A DNA stretch of 64,000 nucleotides from Amoebidium appalachense (Eukaryota; Protista; Ichthyosporea). Location of the stretch: the NCBI GenBank assembly GCA_963693365.1, contig CAVNZM010000001.1:1435827-1499826 (forward strand), read 5' to 3'. The notes under the pieces are model-generated. The model ran no database searches and had not been told where the DNA came from. It worked only from the letters and a program-made list of their open reading frames with translations. Both the position numbers and the translations under genes were made by a program. Shown piece after piece: positions 16,152 through 28,259 of the stretch; position 1 is the stretch's first letter, and each line of letters opens with the position of its first letter.

Positions 16152-16362
16152 CACACACACACACACACACACACACAATCACACACACACACGCCTTCCC
16201 AATACAGGCAAAAGAACGGTTGGGAGGAAGGGGGGGGGGGGGGGGGGGGGGGGGTATATGCATTAGAGGGTGGCAACGACATCTGCGAGTGCGCACGTGA
16301 ATGACCTGAGTCACCTGACTCTCGTCCATACTTCTTTCATGGTTGAGGGTACATTATCCTAA

Positions 16363-17232
16363 TTCCGGAAATATTCAAAAAACACCATTGATTCACTCAC
16401 AGCCCAGCTAAACATTAGTGGATCGCAAAACCCCAAAACTCATGAGCAAACATCTCGCGACGGAGACATTTCCACCCCAACACAAAACAACACAGGACCG
16501 GAAGCACAGCTCCCGGCAGAGTTCCTAGAATATGCGAACTCTCGTAAAACACCCGAGCTCCGCCAAATTGCCAAGGAAACATATGCCAGCATTCTTGCAG
16601 GCAACGAGTACCGCCGCAACTCCCCTCCCAAACCGCCGGCTAAGGGGAACACCCAAGCAAACGGTAACATCAACATCCCACCCAAATACGAGAGGGTGTA
16701 TTTCAAAGTCAAGCACGGCAGACGCCCACACAGGGCCATGTGGTCCATCTTCAAGGCTCTCGGCTTCCGGTGCTCTCGCATCCTTTGTCTGTCCTTCATT
16801 GGATACGATGTGCTGGAAGTAGCAGTACGGGGCGACTATAACCGTGCGTTCATCCGTGACGCGACAAAGGGGTGTGGAAGCTTCTTCACCCACCTCCCAA
16901 GCTACGACCCATGCGCGCCGGAAAACATTCAGAAAGCAGACAAAGAACGTAAAGTGTCTGCTAAGAATGCGTGCGCCACACGTTGTCGTGTACGCATCAG
17001 CAAGGCAAAAGAGTTCCTCGCAAAGTTGGAAAACGATGCTACGAGCGTGATAGACACGGACACGAAGGAACCAATGTTTTCTGGTGAGAAACTGCTCGAG
17101 CGCAAACGCCGATGCGAGATGGAAATCGAGCTCTTCTGCGAACTGTTCGCACTGGCGGAAGGTCGTGCATACGACCCCGTAAGCGACAAGTGGGAACCAA
17201 CCCCACAGGTGTCGGACCAAACCGATGCCTAA
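16363..17232 (+). CDS. LINE ORF1 (open frame without an in-frame ATG)
   Basis: Stop-free frame from 16363 that includes ORF 16696-17232. Its TAA overlaps the ORF2 start (ATGCCTAA). Confidence 0.7.
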   Translation, partial: FRKYSKNTIDSLTAQLNISGSQNPKTHEQTSRDGDISTPTQNNTGPEAQLPAEFLEYANSRKTPELRQIAKETYASILAGNEYRRNSPPKPPAKGNTQANGNINIPPKYERVYFKVKHGRRPHRAMWSIFKALGFRCSRILCLSFIGYDVLEVAVRGDYNRAFIRDATKGCGSFFTHLPSYDPCAPENIQKADKERKVSAKNACATRCRVRISKAKEFLAKLENDATSVIDTDTKEPMFSGEKLLERKRRCEMEIELFCELFALAEGRAYDPVSDKWEPTPQVSDQTDA

Positions 17233-18265
17233 TTTATCCTTCTTCTTCTGGAATGCTCGGACACTGGGCCCCCAAAAGGGCCTCCCCCCCGGGACACTCG
17301 ACGATAAAATCAGCTACATACAACAACAGACAAACAACCACACGTTTACAGTGATTTGCGAAACACAGTTTAAAAACCACAACAAATTCAACTCTACATT
17401 GGTCGACACATCCACACACCCCGGTTACGCGAAAAACCGCGGCATTATTGTACTTGCCGCACCACACGTGAGAGTGAAGTGCAAACCGGTAGCAAAAACG
17501 GAATTCTCGGTTTCTATAGAGTTTCTTTCTAATGTTTTTACTTTTGTATATTACCCACCATCTATGTCGGTTGTCGAATTGACTCACGAGTTGTCACAGT
17601 TACCAATGTCCACTGTTATTTTAGGTGATTTTAACACGCGACTCCACCACACAGACACACTGCAAGTGAGTGTCGGGTACCCATCTAAGCCCCCGGAGCG
17701 TGCTATCCCTTTAGCAAGGTATGTCCAAAGTCACACTTTGCGGTTCCCTCAAATATCCCATGCCCACAACACCGACTGGGGAGTGGCCTTTTGGCCATCA
17801 ACCATGTCAAAACTCTCTCTCCCTCCTAACCTCTCTAGGTCATCTGACCACTCTCCTATCCTTTTCCTACCTAAGATCTCCCTTGATCTGCTCCCCCCTC
17901 CTCCTCCCACCTTTCGCCTCCGTCTATCCCAGCTTAAGTCACAGTGGGGTAGAGTTGATGTATGTGTATGCTATGCTACGAAACACCCTATATATATGCG
18001 CCTATTAGAATCTGCACAAGCCAGGCCAGATTCACATCTCGTACTAGATACATGCACTAACTTTATTGTTGATGATTTGATAGATCTCGGTGATTATGCT
18101 GGCGGTGGTAGGAAGGAATATCCCGATGCTCTCTTGTTACCAAACACCACTCCCGCTAGACTAGGTGAACCCCTGTCTCAAAAGGAAAGCTTGCGCCGGC
18201 TTGCTAGTATGAATCGATTTGGCCCCCCTGCTCGTATTATTGGTGATACCCCTCATAGACTCTGA
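17225..18265 (+). CDS. LINE ORF2 N-terminal part: AP endonuclease
   Basis: Motifs WNAR, ICET, YYPP, GDFN, SDH. Confidence 0.9.
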   Translation: MPNLSFFFWNARTLGPQKGLPPGTLDDKISYIQQQTNNHTFTVICETQFKNHNKFNSTLVDTSTHPGYAKNRGIIVLAAPHVRVKCKPVAKTEFSVSIEFLSNVFTFVYYPPSMSVVELTHELSQLPMSTVILGDFNTRLHHTDTLQVSVGYPSKPPERAIPLARYVQSHTLRFPQISHAHNTDWGVAFWPSTMSKLSLPPNLSRSSDHSPILFLPKISLDLLPPPPPTFRLRLSQLKSQWGRVDVCVCYATKHPIYMRLLESAQARPDSHLVLDTCTNFIVDDLIDLGDYAGGGRKEYPDALLLPNTTPARLGEPLSQKESLRRLASMNRFGPPARIIGDTPHRL

Positions 18266-20408
18266 TAAGTATTTCTCGGAACTGTTTAAAGATAGGACCC
18301 CCGCTCAGAAACCTATTGTGTGGCCTGTAGACCCATCTATCCCCATAGAATCGATCCTCCCCTTTTTCAGCCCCGATGCCATATGGTCTGTGATATCTAG
18401 TTATAGCTCTAGTAAGTCTTGTGGACCTGATGGACTCCCTGCTGGGTTTCTTAAAATCCTTGTTCCCTCCTACCCACAAAAGGAAAGTGATCGTGCTATT
18501 AAACCTGATCTTACTATCATGTTAAGCTCTCTCTTTTCTTGGTGTGTTAAATGTGGACATGTCCCGTCATCTTGGTTAGATACCTTAGTGATCCCCATAG
18601 TTAAGAAGGACTCTGAGGGCCCCATATCATCCTTTCGCCCCATTACACTAACCCAGGTTGTTCGTAGATTCTTTGAAGCTTGCTTACTTAGGTTATTTGC
18701 ACACCACCCTAGGTTTCAATCTATTCTTCACATACACCCATGCCAATCCGCTTTTCGTAAAAACAATTCATGTTATGTTCAAATAATGGCACTGCACGAT
18801 TCTATGCAAGTTGGTGCACAATATGTTGGCTTTATTGATTGGAAAACTGCTTACGATTCTGTCTCCCCTGGTCTCCTATGGGAAAAGCTTGCTGCACGGG
18901 GTGTACCACACTGCATTGGTGTTCTGTTAGAAGCACTCTTGTCTCAAACCTATGGTAGAGCTGTGGTTAATGGGCATCTTTCATATGGTTTTGCTCGTAC
19001 TAGAGGTCTCTTGCAGGGTTCATTGCTTAGCCCCTTTTTGTTTAACCTATTTATAGATGATTTGGCTGTCAAGATTTACGCCGAAAACGATGACCCTATT
19101 AATAACTTTCCGCCTGCACTTCTCTATGCTGATGATCTGTCCCTCCTTGCCCGTACCCCTAGACGCCTGCAAAGATTGTTCGATGTAGTGTCAGAGTGGT
19201 GCAAGGCAAACCTTATGATCCTTAACATAGACAGATGTGGTGTTCTTGTACCTGATATAGCTAACAATTTACACACATTTACATTATCATCTAAACCTGT
19301 ACCTATAGTTCCAGAATACAAATATCTTGGTGTTCCGGTTGATTCTGTTGGTGTTATGTTTCCCCATATGGTCGAAAAGAGGGTAGAGTTGGCTCGTAAG
19401 CGGTTAGCTTTCTTCTCGGCTAATATTTTTAAAGACACACCCCTCCATCCTTCTATTAGACTTACATTTATTCGCACTTTTGTCTTCCCGGCATGTGAAT
19501 ATGGTTTACCCCTTCTCGCCGCTTGGATCAAGAAAGAGAGAACTAGAGCGCTTAAACCCTTGGCAAATTTCCTTGAAGCAGAAGTTGCCTCCTTTCCATC
19601 TAACAACTGTTGTAAACCTGGGCCTGTAACGCTCTCGATATATGGTCTGGTCCCAATAGCTGCTAGAGTATCCTATCTCGCGCTGAAATTCAATAAGCAC
19701 ATAAGCCGCTTAAAGAAGTATTTGCCCTCCCACCCTCTCTTCTCTATCCGACCTGTCCCCTCCTCACCTCCCCCCTCTTTCCTCCCCTCTCTCTCCCCTT
19801 CTCCCCTGGGCACAAATACAAATAAACCCCGCAATAGTGTGTGTGTGACTTTGGACTGCCACTTACTTATTAAACATGTACACAATCACAAGATAATCAC
19901 GCAATATAACAAATGGAAAAAGATACCACACGACACTAGACCCGATGAAAGCATACACCTTGAAAAACTAAGCCTTATGTCTCGTTTTATATATACTGAC
20001 CGCCTCAACCATATTGCCAAATATGGCACTCGCAAGTGTATAACACCTAAATCCATATTACCTTCCTGTAGAACTGGTCTTTCTCTAGCTGATGGTATTA
20101 TTGATCAATTACCACGCTTTTACTGTACACGTGCTATACAGTGGAGATCTAATAAGTATAAGGTGGCATCATTTGCATGCCCAAACAACACACACACACA
20201 CCAGTTTAACCGGTCATGTATCGCCAAATGTAGTTTGATAGACCACATAATACCGCAACACACACACGTCACATTCACAACAGACACCCAGAAAGATAGC
20301 CTACCTGTAAATTACAACATCCTTGATTTTATACTAAACACGCGTAACTACGACCTGTTTATTAGATGTATTGATTGGCTTGAGAAACACATCACTACAA
20401 AATTATAG
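18219..20408 (+). CDS. LINE ORF2 C-terminal part: reverse transcriptase, frameshifted from the endonuclease part
   Basis: Motifs GPDGL, FRPITL, QSAFR, DWKTAYDSV, GLLQGSLLSPFLF, YADD, YKYLG. Confidence 0.95.
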   Translation: MAPLLVLLVIPLIDSDKYFSELFKDRTPAQKPIVWPVDPSIPIESILPFFSPDAIWSVISSYSSSKSCGPDGLPAGFLKILVPSYPQKESDRAIKPDLTIMLSSLFSWCVKCGHVPSSWLDTLVIPIVKKDSEGPISSFRPITLTQVVRRFFEACLLRLFAHHPRFQSILHIHPCQSAFRKNNSCYVQIMALHDSMQVGAQYVGFIDWKTAYDSVSPGLLWEKLAARGVPHCIGVLLEALLSQTYGRAVVNGHLSYGFARTRGLLQGSLLSPFLFNLFIDDLAVKIYAENDDPINNFPPALLYADDLSLLARTPRRLQRLFDVVSEWCKANLMILNIDRCGVLVPDIANNLHTFTLSSKPVPIVPEYKYLGVPVDSVGVMFPHMVEKRVELARKRLAFFSANIFKDTPLHPSIRLTFIRTFVFPACEYGLPLLAAWIKKERTRALKPLANFLEAEVASFPSNNCCKPGPVTLSIYGLVPIAARVSYLALKFNKHISRLKKYLPSHPLFSIRPVPSSPPPSFLPSLSPSPLGTNTNKPRNSVCVTLDCHLLIKHVHNHKIITQYNKWKKIPHDTRPDESIHLEKLSLMSRFIYTDRLNHIAKYGTRKCITPKSILPSCRTGLSLADGIIDQLPRFYCTRAIQWRSNKYKVASFACPNNTHTHQFNRSCIAKCSLIDHIIPQHTHVTFTTDTQKDSLPVNYNILDFILNTRNYDLFIRCIDWLEKHITTKL

Positions 20409-20422
20409 CGCACACACACACA

Positions 20423-20477
<55 letters not shown>

Positions 20478-22241
20478 CCAGCTGATACCGAGTGTCCCGA
20501 GGGAAGCCCCTTTAAAAAAAAAAAAAAAAATTAAAATTAAAAAAAATTAAAAAAAAATTTAAAAAAAAAAAAAAACGGGGAACCCCAACTAATTGATTTC
20601 TCCTTGTAGTCTTTATGGTGTCTCGTAGAGAAAGTAAACCCTGATATATAGTCACCACCCGACATCTATGTACGTGATCATGATATACCGCTGAGGGGAT
20701 ATTCCGAGCAAAACCCCCCCCATACCTGAGACTGGTTCTCTTTGCCTCGAGTAAACAGCGTAAACCCCTACCGAATTTCCGACCTCTAAAATCCAATACG
20801 ATGCACCAGGGGTTGTGCGGGTTCGGAACTTCGGCTGCGCTACCCGTGTTACCCAAAACGCAATCGTATATTGTCGGAATTTGTTTTTATTATTATTATG
20901 ACTTTATTGATGTGCTCATCAAAAGAGAAGCATGCGACAATTGTAAATCGTATTGGCGGGGTTCCCCTCATTTACGAGCTCATAGAGACCCCCTACATTA
21001 CCAATATTAATAAACAATGTCTGACAATTTTACACTTCGTTAGACATTTCACGCCCCGACAGGCAAAACAGGGCTCCAAATTCTTTTCCGGAGTGCAAAG
21101 ATAGCCATCTGATTACTTTTTACCTAGAAAAACACCAATTGTCGTGTGAAAGCACATTAATTTACACTATTGGGGCATATTTGACTGCTACGATAAACCA
21201 ATATAGCACCTCCCAGCGTTACTCGTATTGAACCCCTGGACTTAATCATTAATACGACGAATTTGGGTCGTAAATTACGTAATACAACCCCTGAGATGCA
21301 CGGCCCTTTGATTGGATGTCGGGCCGCAACCAATCACTATTTAGTAGCGTTCTGCGCAAACCCGTTGGATAGCATATATGGCCGATCTACATACGCCAAT
21401 CAAAATCGTCCCATATGATTTATGATGGCGATGGCGGAATCCGGGAAACTCCTCAACAACGGCTATCTCCGCATGTCTTGTGACGCGTCAAGACGTCTTT
21501 GTGGGTGAAAGTACTGTTGACCTTGTTGCAACTGCCGGCACCTCAACACAACACCACATGCATGTCACTGATAAACAGCTTGGCCGCTTTTCTGAGAATC
21601 ATCGGCATTTTCGGGTCGTTTGCAGCCCCTGACGTGTTCAAACCCTTTCAGCCAATCTACAGGGCTCCCTCCGCCCTCTCATTTCATGATGCATCCGGGC
21701 CCCCTTTTTGGGCCAAAGGTGTATCAATACGCGAAGTGTATGATAATTAATTCACTTCCCGATCGCGACAAATTAATTAATAAGTCACCGTAACAGTACA
21801 GTTTTTATAGAATAATAACAAATAAGAATATGGTGTTGCCAGTATGTATAAATACATGGGTATAGGAGATCTATGTCACGGTGTTCACAGTTTAGTTGAC
21901 CAATGGTTCGGGGACAAGACCCAGGAGTTGTAGGGCTCGAGCACTTTTTAACAGTATTTGGTCAAAATCCGGGAGTTTTCGCATCTTTCATGGTCCTTTT
22001 GACCATCGGAGTGGGCTTTTTGATCGTATCAGTGGGGAGTTGACTTGCTATGCCTAAAATATTAGCTAACCCTGTGCAGGTGAACGCGACCGTCTTAAAG
22101 GGGGGGAGGGATAAATAAAGGAGCCATTCCTGTTTGAACCACCGTGTAAATGATTATCTTGTGTCAGGCATGTTTGCGTTCGGGCAGCAACACAAATTAG
22201 ACGACCTGGCGCACGGCAATATTATACAAGGATGCTTCCGC

Positions 22242-23285
22242 ATGCGCGCCGTCTGCACAGTCGTTTCAACATGTGTTTTCTATGCGGTCTATGTGTTCCT
22301 CTGTTGGGCCAGTGCCACCAGTAATGATATTGGTAAGCTGCAGCCGGCAGTCTGGTTTGGCATTCAATCCACCGTTCCAAAGGTCGTCACCGAGCAATCT
22401 GCCTCTGTTGCACCCTCTGCTCGCCTTGTCCCACATTTCCCTTTGCGTTTGCCGATGAAACAATTAATCTCCAAGGCTGCCACTGCAGCCAAAAAGGATG
22501 GCTCAATAGAGGGCCCGTGGGTACCAAAACCTTTGCCTCCATTGCCGATTTGGATACAGCCGGCTAAGAATTCGTCCATTGTGCCGCGCAACGTGTTTGT
22601 TGCGTGGTTCGGTGCAGGCATGGTGGGCCCTAGGTATGAGGCATATAAGTCAATTCTAGCTCGGCTGGGAGTTAACGTAACAGTGGTCAACGAGATGAAC
22701 CTGTCGCAGTTTAGTCTTCGGGAGAATCCCATGCATCCGGCTGTTTTCGGGAACTACCTCGCCCGGAACCACGTGGTTGACTATGTGCGGGCTTACCTGC
22801 TGCACCACTACGGCGGTGGCTTTCATGACATAAAGCCTGCATCCAAAAGCTGGAAGCCACATTTTGATGCTTTTAACGACCCAGGAGTGTGGATGGTTGG
22901 CAGCAAGCCAAGGGGGCGGTTTGAGGTCGAGTGTGATGACACTTATGCCCGGGCGGTGAATGAAACGGGCAGGTGCTGGGAAGTGATGGCTGCTTGGCCG
23001 AACCTGCTAAGTCCCGGGGCGTACATTATGCGACCACGTACCCACCTCACGGAAAAGTGGCTAACATTGGTGCACAACCGCCTGCAGTCGAAGATAGATG
23101 ACGTAATCGCACATCCGGCCCTCCGTCGCAGGTGCTGCCGGCAGTCGGAGTCCCCAGGCTATCCTTTTTCATGGAATGAGCTACATTCAGCTTTATTATA
23201 TCCCCTTCAATATCAGTATTTCGCACACATCAGGCAGGGCTTGCCGCGGTATCTTCCGTCTCCCTTTTTAGGAGAGATAGAATAG
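22242..23285 (+). CDS. Glycosyltransferase, GT32/capsular-polysaccharide-synthesis-like, with N-terminal membrane anchor
   Basis: Intronless ORF; hydrophobic N-terminus after ATG 22242 (alternative ATG 22170); motifs VPRNVFVAWFG and DYVRAYLLHHYGGGFHDIK. Confidence 0.75.
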   Translation: MRAVCTVVSTCVFYAVYVFLCWASATSNDIGKLQPAVWFGIQSTVPKVVTEQSASVAPSARLVPHFPLRLPMKQLISKAATAAKKDGSIEGPWVPKPLPPLPIWIQPAKNSSIVPRNVFVAWFGAGMVGPRYEAYKSILARLGVNVTVVNEMNLSQFSLRENPMHPAVFGNYLARNHVVDYVRAYLLHHYGGGFHDIKPASKSWKPHFDAFNDPGVWMVGSKPRGRFEVECDDTYARAVNETGRCWEVMAAWPNLLSPGAYIMRPRTHLTEKWLTLVHNRLQSKIDDVIAHPALRRRCCRQSESPGYPFSWNELHSALLYPLQYQYFAHIRQGLPRYLPSPFLGEIE

Positions 23286-25328
23286 TGGCTCGTAATATTA
23301 TTAAACATTTGATCAAGAAACTCTAATTATACTCTGAGCAGGAATGCACATACAGCCCTTATACCTCAATATACATGAAAACAATTCCTTTATATTTTCT
23401 GTACTGCTTTTTACATTTGGTTGAACGCTTAACGAATATATGTCCAAAAATAAATTTCCTTACATACCATATATGGTATAATATAAGACTATTGGTCCGT
23501 TATGTCCACACCAATCAAATTGAGTGCGGGGATGAACCATGCATGTGCATAACGGCAGATCGTAATCCCCCATACTCCCTAACTCCCGATACTCAGTGGG
23601 GGCCGATAATCCTACATATGAAATTTGATCAATTACATAGTAAAATTTCAAAATGAACCCTTTGTCCTTAAGTCGGTTACTTTGTAGTTAACTTGAAACA
23701 AAATTGATCATTGATTTGTTACCACGTGCGGGCGATACCGAGGGAAATGGTTCGCCGTGCCACGCAACTGGGGCCCTACATGTTTGTCAGCCGCTCTGCT
23801 TCCGAAGAGGGTAGTGTTAGTCAAGTTCTTGTGTGTGTGTGATCTGTGTGTGGTGTGTGCGAGTGTGTGTGTCTCTGTGTATGTGCCTGTGTACTTGTGT
23901 GAGCGGGTGTATGTGTATCGGAGTGAGTGTGTGAGGGTTGCACTAGTTTAGGTCATGTGTATGTGCTTGCTTGGGGACGATGTCGGTATTGCCATGTTTT
24001 AGATGTGTCGTTGAAGTCACATACGTCTTCTGTGTGTTCATAGAAGCCGAAAACAGCTTCGAGCTTTCAATCCGCCACTGCGGCTTTGACCACTGTGTGG
24101 TCAAACTCTGCCCCTGTGGGCGTAATATAAGCAAACTATCAAGTAGGTACCACTGTTCCTCCCATTTCTTCTCCCACCCTCCACCTCCTCCTCATTTGTA
24201 TCACACACCCATGCATACACACGCATACACACACGCACATCATACCTGCACACTTGCACACGAACATACACCCATGTGCACTGTAGTGGCTCACTGTCCC
24301 GCACATGGCCCCATTGTGGTCATGGCTAGAGTACAGTCTTCTCTCGTTATAGTACCTACCCCCCCCCCCCCCTCTCTGGGTGCACCACAAGGGGGTGTTA
24401 TATCGTGAAGGGAGCTCTAACGTCTGGTTTGATTTCCGATACTCTTCGAATTTTTTATTCTTACTGAGTACGACCATATTTGTCAATAATTTAAATGGAA
24501 ATGTTTTTGACTGAGCTAGTTTGGGCGCGAAGATCTACTCTTTCATTGTAAAGTCTATTCAATTCATCAAATCATAGTATTTCTATCAAGATTCAGCTAT
24601 GTCCACCCACTGTGTTCATGCTTGTGGACCCTCTTGATAAAGGGGAGGGCGTCATATCACATGGTTATCCACTACAGGCTCACCTGATGGCGTTCCACTA
24701 GAACCAAGCTTTATGTGTAATAGCGTAGGGTGCGCTATACATATCGTGTGCTGTTTTCTATGGGAAGCAGACGGTGGCATCTGAAAGGGGGGTTCTACCG
24801 GGTGGGAAACTGCAGCCTCAGGGGGGCTATAGCGAGAGGAAACGGTACCCAATCATATACGTGGCCACTCTAAAGATTGGCTAGGCTGCGAAAGAGTCAT
24901 GCTGCTTTCTCACATGTGATAACACAAAATCCACCCAACAGATAGTAATGAGATGGGTTGGTTAAAAAAAAACATAACCACCTTCAAGATCAACAGGGTT
25001 CGTTCAGAATTACGATAATCTACCTAAGATAAGCAGTACTAGAATATTTGAAAAAAAAATACAAGACTATGGGGGTTAGGGAGTGTGCGGAAAAATAGGA
25101 TGGTGGGGAGGGGGGGGGGAGGGGGGGGGGGGGGGGGGGGGGGGGAGGGGGGGGGGGGGGGATAGGGGGGAGGGAGGGAGGGAGGGAGGGAGGGCTCTGA
25201 ATTCTCCAGGCTGTACAGAGCATAATAGTCTTAAAGTATGCACTTTTTGTGCGTGAATGTGATTGTGCGTATCTGTGTGTACATGTGGTTTTGTATACGT
25301 GGCAGGGGGTGTGTTTGCGGGTGCCGGG

Positions 25329-25478
<150 letters not shown>

Positions 25479-26476
25479 GTTTTATACGGGTCTTAGGGGA
25501 GCAGAGTGCACAGAGGTGTCATGTAAAACACGACTAACACATTAATGAGAGGGCAATCGGAGTTGTTCACGAGACATTGAAAGATTCAAACAACAACTGA
25601 TTCTTTATTGTGATATCGGTTCCTTTTGTACTTGCGACTTATCATCTTATCACAACTAAAGAGGGAGAACCAATCGGTTCTATCAGTTATGTTCGTCTCT
25701 ATAAAGAAACTCATTTAAATACATATATTTCCTAATAGTCGACACTCTCAAAGTGAAGACACATTGCAATAAACCGAATTCCATATATATATATATATAT
25801 ATCTATGAAACCTACTCCGGGACGTGTGTTGCCTCTAGGGGGACATCCCCTTGGACGAAAGTGAACCTGCAATGGTTGTAAACCACCGCAAGCCCCCAGT
25901 CATCAATTTATTGATCCGTGAGGTCCTTGTGCCCAAAAAAACGGGGGAAGTCTTCGCCCCGTGAAAAAACAGCACGTATGTGGGGATCAATGGGGGTTGA
26001 GTGTAGGGTGTAGGTGGGTGGGTGAAAAAGAAAATATAGCTGTAAAGCTGTAGGTGCCAAACACAGAAGATGTGTTGTTGCTTGCTGATCTGCTAAAAAC
26101 TGTCGTGCTTATATACCTAAGGCTACCGAACTGAGCCAATCAAAATCGATCTAGTGTTATGTGAAATCTGATCCTGAGCCAACCAAGCTCAGTCTAGTGA
26201 TCTGTGGAATCTGATGTTTTGATCGGCTAATAGGTGCCCGTATGCGGGCAGCCGAACGCGACCTGCTAAAACATGAAACGAAGCCTGTTGATATCGGACA
26301 CCCATCCTACGTGTTTACCCAGAAAAATATTTATGTCAATAATTTCCACAAATAAAACCTCTATGAAAACTACTCCGGGACGTGTGTTGCCTCTAGGGGG
26401 ACATCCCCTTGGACGAAAGTGAACCTGCAATGGTTGTAAACCACGGCACGAGAGCAGTATGCTTGCTCCAAAGGTT

Positions 26477-27512
26477 TCACTTAAGAATAGAGGCGAAAAC
26501 ACGTGTGGTAGTGGCAGCAATGGAGGCCGGACGAAGTCGGGCATAGATCAGGAAACAGTCGGACCGAGGACCACCTGCCGAGTGTTTGATCCGGGAGTCG
26601 TCGACCCCGGCCTCGGCCAGTGCTGTGGCCCCCCCGATGCGGAGGCTGTGTCCGGCAAACCGGGAGGGTGAGAGGCCTGCCCGGGAGAGGAGGGCACGGA
26701 AGTCGGCAGAGAAAGCACTCTTGGTGTAGGGGATGCCACCGAGACTGAAGAGGGGGTCGTCGGGTTGACCGGACGTTGTATCCAGGAACTGCCGGAGAAG
26801 ATGGGCTGGGGAGAAGTGGGTGAGGGGCAGGGCAGCGAGAGTGACGTTGACACCTCGGGCCTGTACATCCGTCTTGGAGGTTGGCAGGTGGAGGGTGGCA
26901 TGGGACAAAGTACCGGTGGGGGTGTAGCTGAAGGTCACATCCTTCCGTTTAACGTGACGGGACGGGTCAAAGGAAGTCAGGGTTTTGGAGGTAAATTCCC
27001 CCGAACGGAGGAGACCGCAGAAACCGACGATGAGGGCCGTCCATAGTCGTAGATTGGCCGAGGAGGCCTTGTTGGGGCACTGGCCATGGAGTATGCTGAG
27101 GTGGGAGGGGCAGGAGGGGCTCCCTGGTGGAGGATCGGGGTCGGATGTTGTGAGAAAGCTGCCATCTGCCCACCCCTCGGAGGAACCAGGCCAGAGACTT
27201 GTCGTGGGGGTAGGGAGCAGGGAGGCCCATGTCGAGGTGGAGTCTGGTGATGGCCGAATTGTAGCCGGCCAAGGAAGAGGCCTGTACCCCTCGTTGGGCA
27301 CACCAGGCGAGAAAAAGCTGCCCGGTGTGGGGGGAGGCCGGGAGGGAGGACCCGGCGGAGGATTGCAGCCGAGATGCCACACAAAAATCGATGAATACTT
27401 TTTGCACCCGGGAGTAAAAGGCCCGAGAGTCGAGGTTGAGACTCAGGGCCTGGCATTCCTGCAGGGTAGTGGTGGCACGAAGCAGCTCGGCCGAAGCAAA
27501 GTGGGGGGCCAA
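26477..27512 (-). pseudogene. Tyrosine recombinase, frameshifted near 27090-27110
   Basis: N-terminal helical part (FLAWCAQRG...YNSAI) in ORF 26967-27512; catalytic motifs GLLRSGE, KTD, GHSLRIGGAT, IYAR in ORF 26477-27382. Confidence 0.9.
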
Positions 27513-27830
27513 TCGGCCAGCGTTGCTCCGGAAGGGGAGATCTGGGGGGGGGGGGGGGGGGTGAGCCCAGGGGAAGGGATAAGAACTTGTGGACCCAGAA
27601 GGGGAAGGGGCAGGGCTTCGGTTGCAGGTAAGTTCGGAGTCGTTGGGTCCGGGGAAGTTGGTTACGGAGGAGCTGCGCGGCGAATGATTGGGCTGGGTAG
27701 GGGGGCCAGCAGCTCCCGGAGGCGGGAGGTGTCAACGTGGTGTTGGGGCAGCGGGCGGGCCTCCGGGGGCTGAGCCTCGGGGGAAGGGGTGGTTAGCAAG
27801 GGTGGGGCACCCTCGGGGAGATCCCGGCAT

Positions 27831-27868
<38 letters not shown>

Positions 27869-28259
27869 CAGGGCCCCGGTGGGTTTAGAGTAGGGCAGCA
27901 GGGCCCGAGGGAGGGTTTGCAGGGAGGGCAGCGGTGCCCTGTGCAGGGGATGCCCGAGCACGCGCGGGTGTGGGCGTACACAGAGTTAGAGGAAGGGGGG
28001 GGGAGGGAGTGCTAGGTGAGTGTAAGGGGGGGGAGGCTCGTGGGATGGGGGGGGGGGGGAGTAAAATTATGTGCAGTGGCCAGAATAACGTCTTTGTGTA
28101 GGGACATTTATTCTTGGCGCGCGCGGGCGCCGTAGTTGGCCTGCGAAAATTGTTACTCAGCCCTAGTGCCCCGTTTTTCCCGAGCTCCGTGTCCTTGGAC
28201 CCGTGTAACCTAGCTCCTAGCCCCTATGTTCTATCTGTGGGTGTGGGTGTGCGCGTAGA

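Larger units (their letters stand above)
16363..20575 (+). mobile_element. APE-type non-LTR retrotransposon (LINE), near full length
   Basis: ORF1, AP endonuclease and RT, then a (CA)n 3' UTR and an A-rich tail at 20514-20575. 5' boundary and TSD not resolved. Confidence 0.92.

Noticed and set aside
20478-20510. Hammerhead ribozyme in the LINE 3' UTR (GCTGATACC...GGGAAGC)
   Set aside because: Core lacks CUGANGA and GAAA and has no convincing stems; at most a 3' recognition hairpin.
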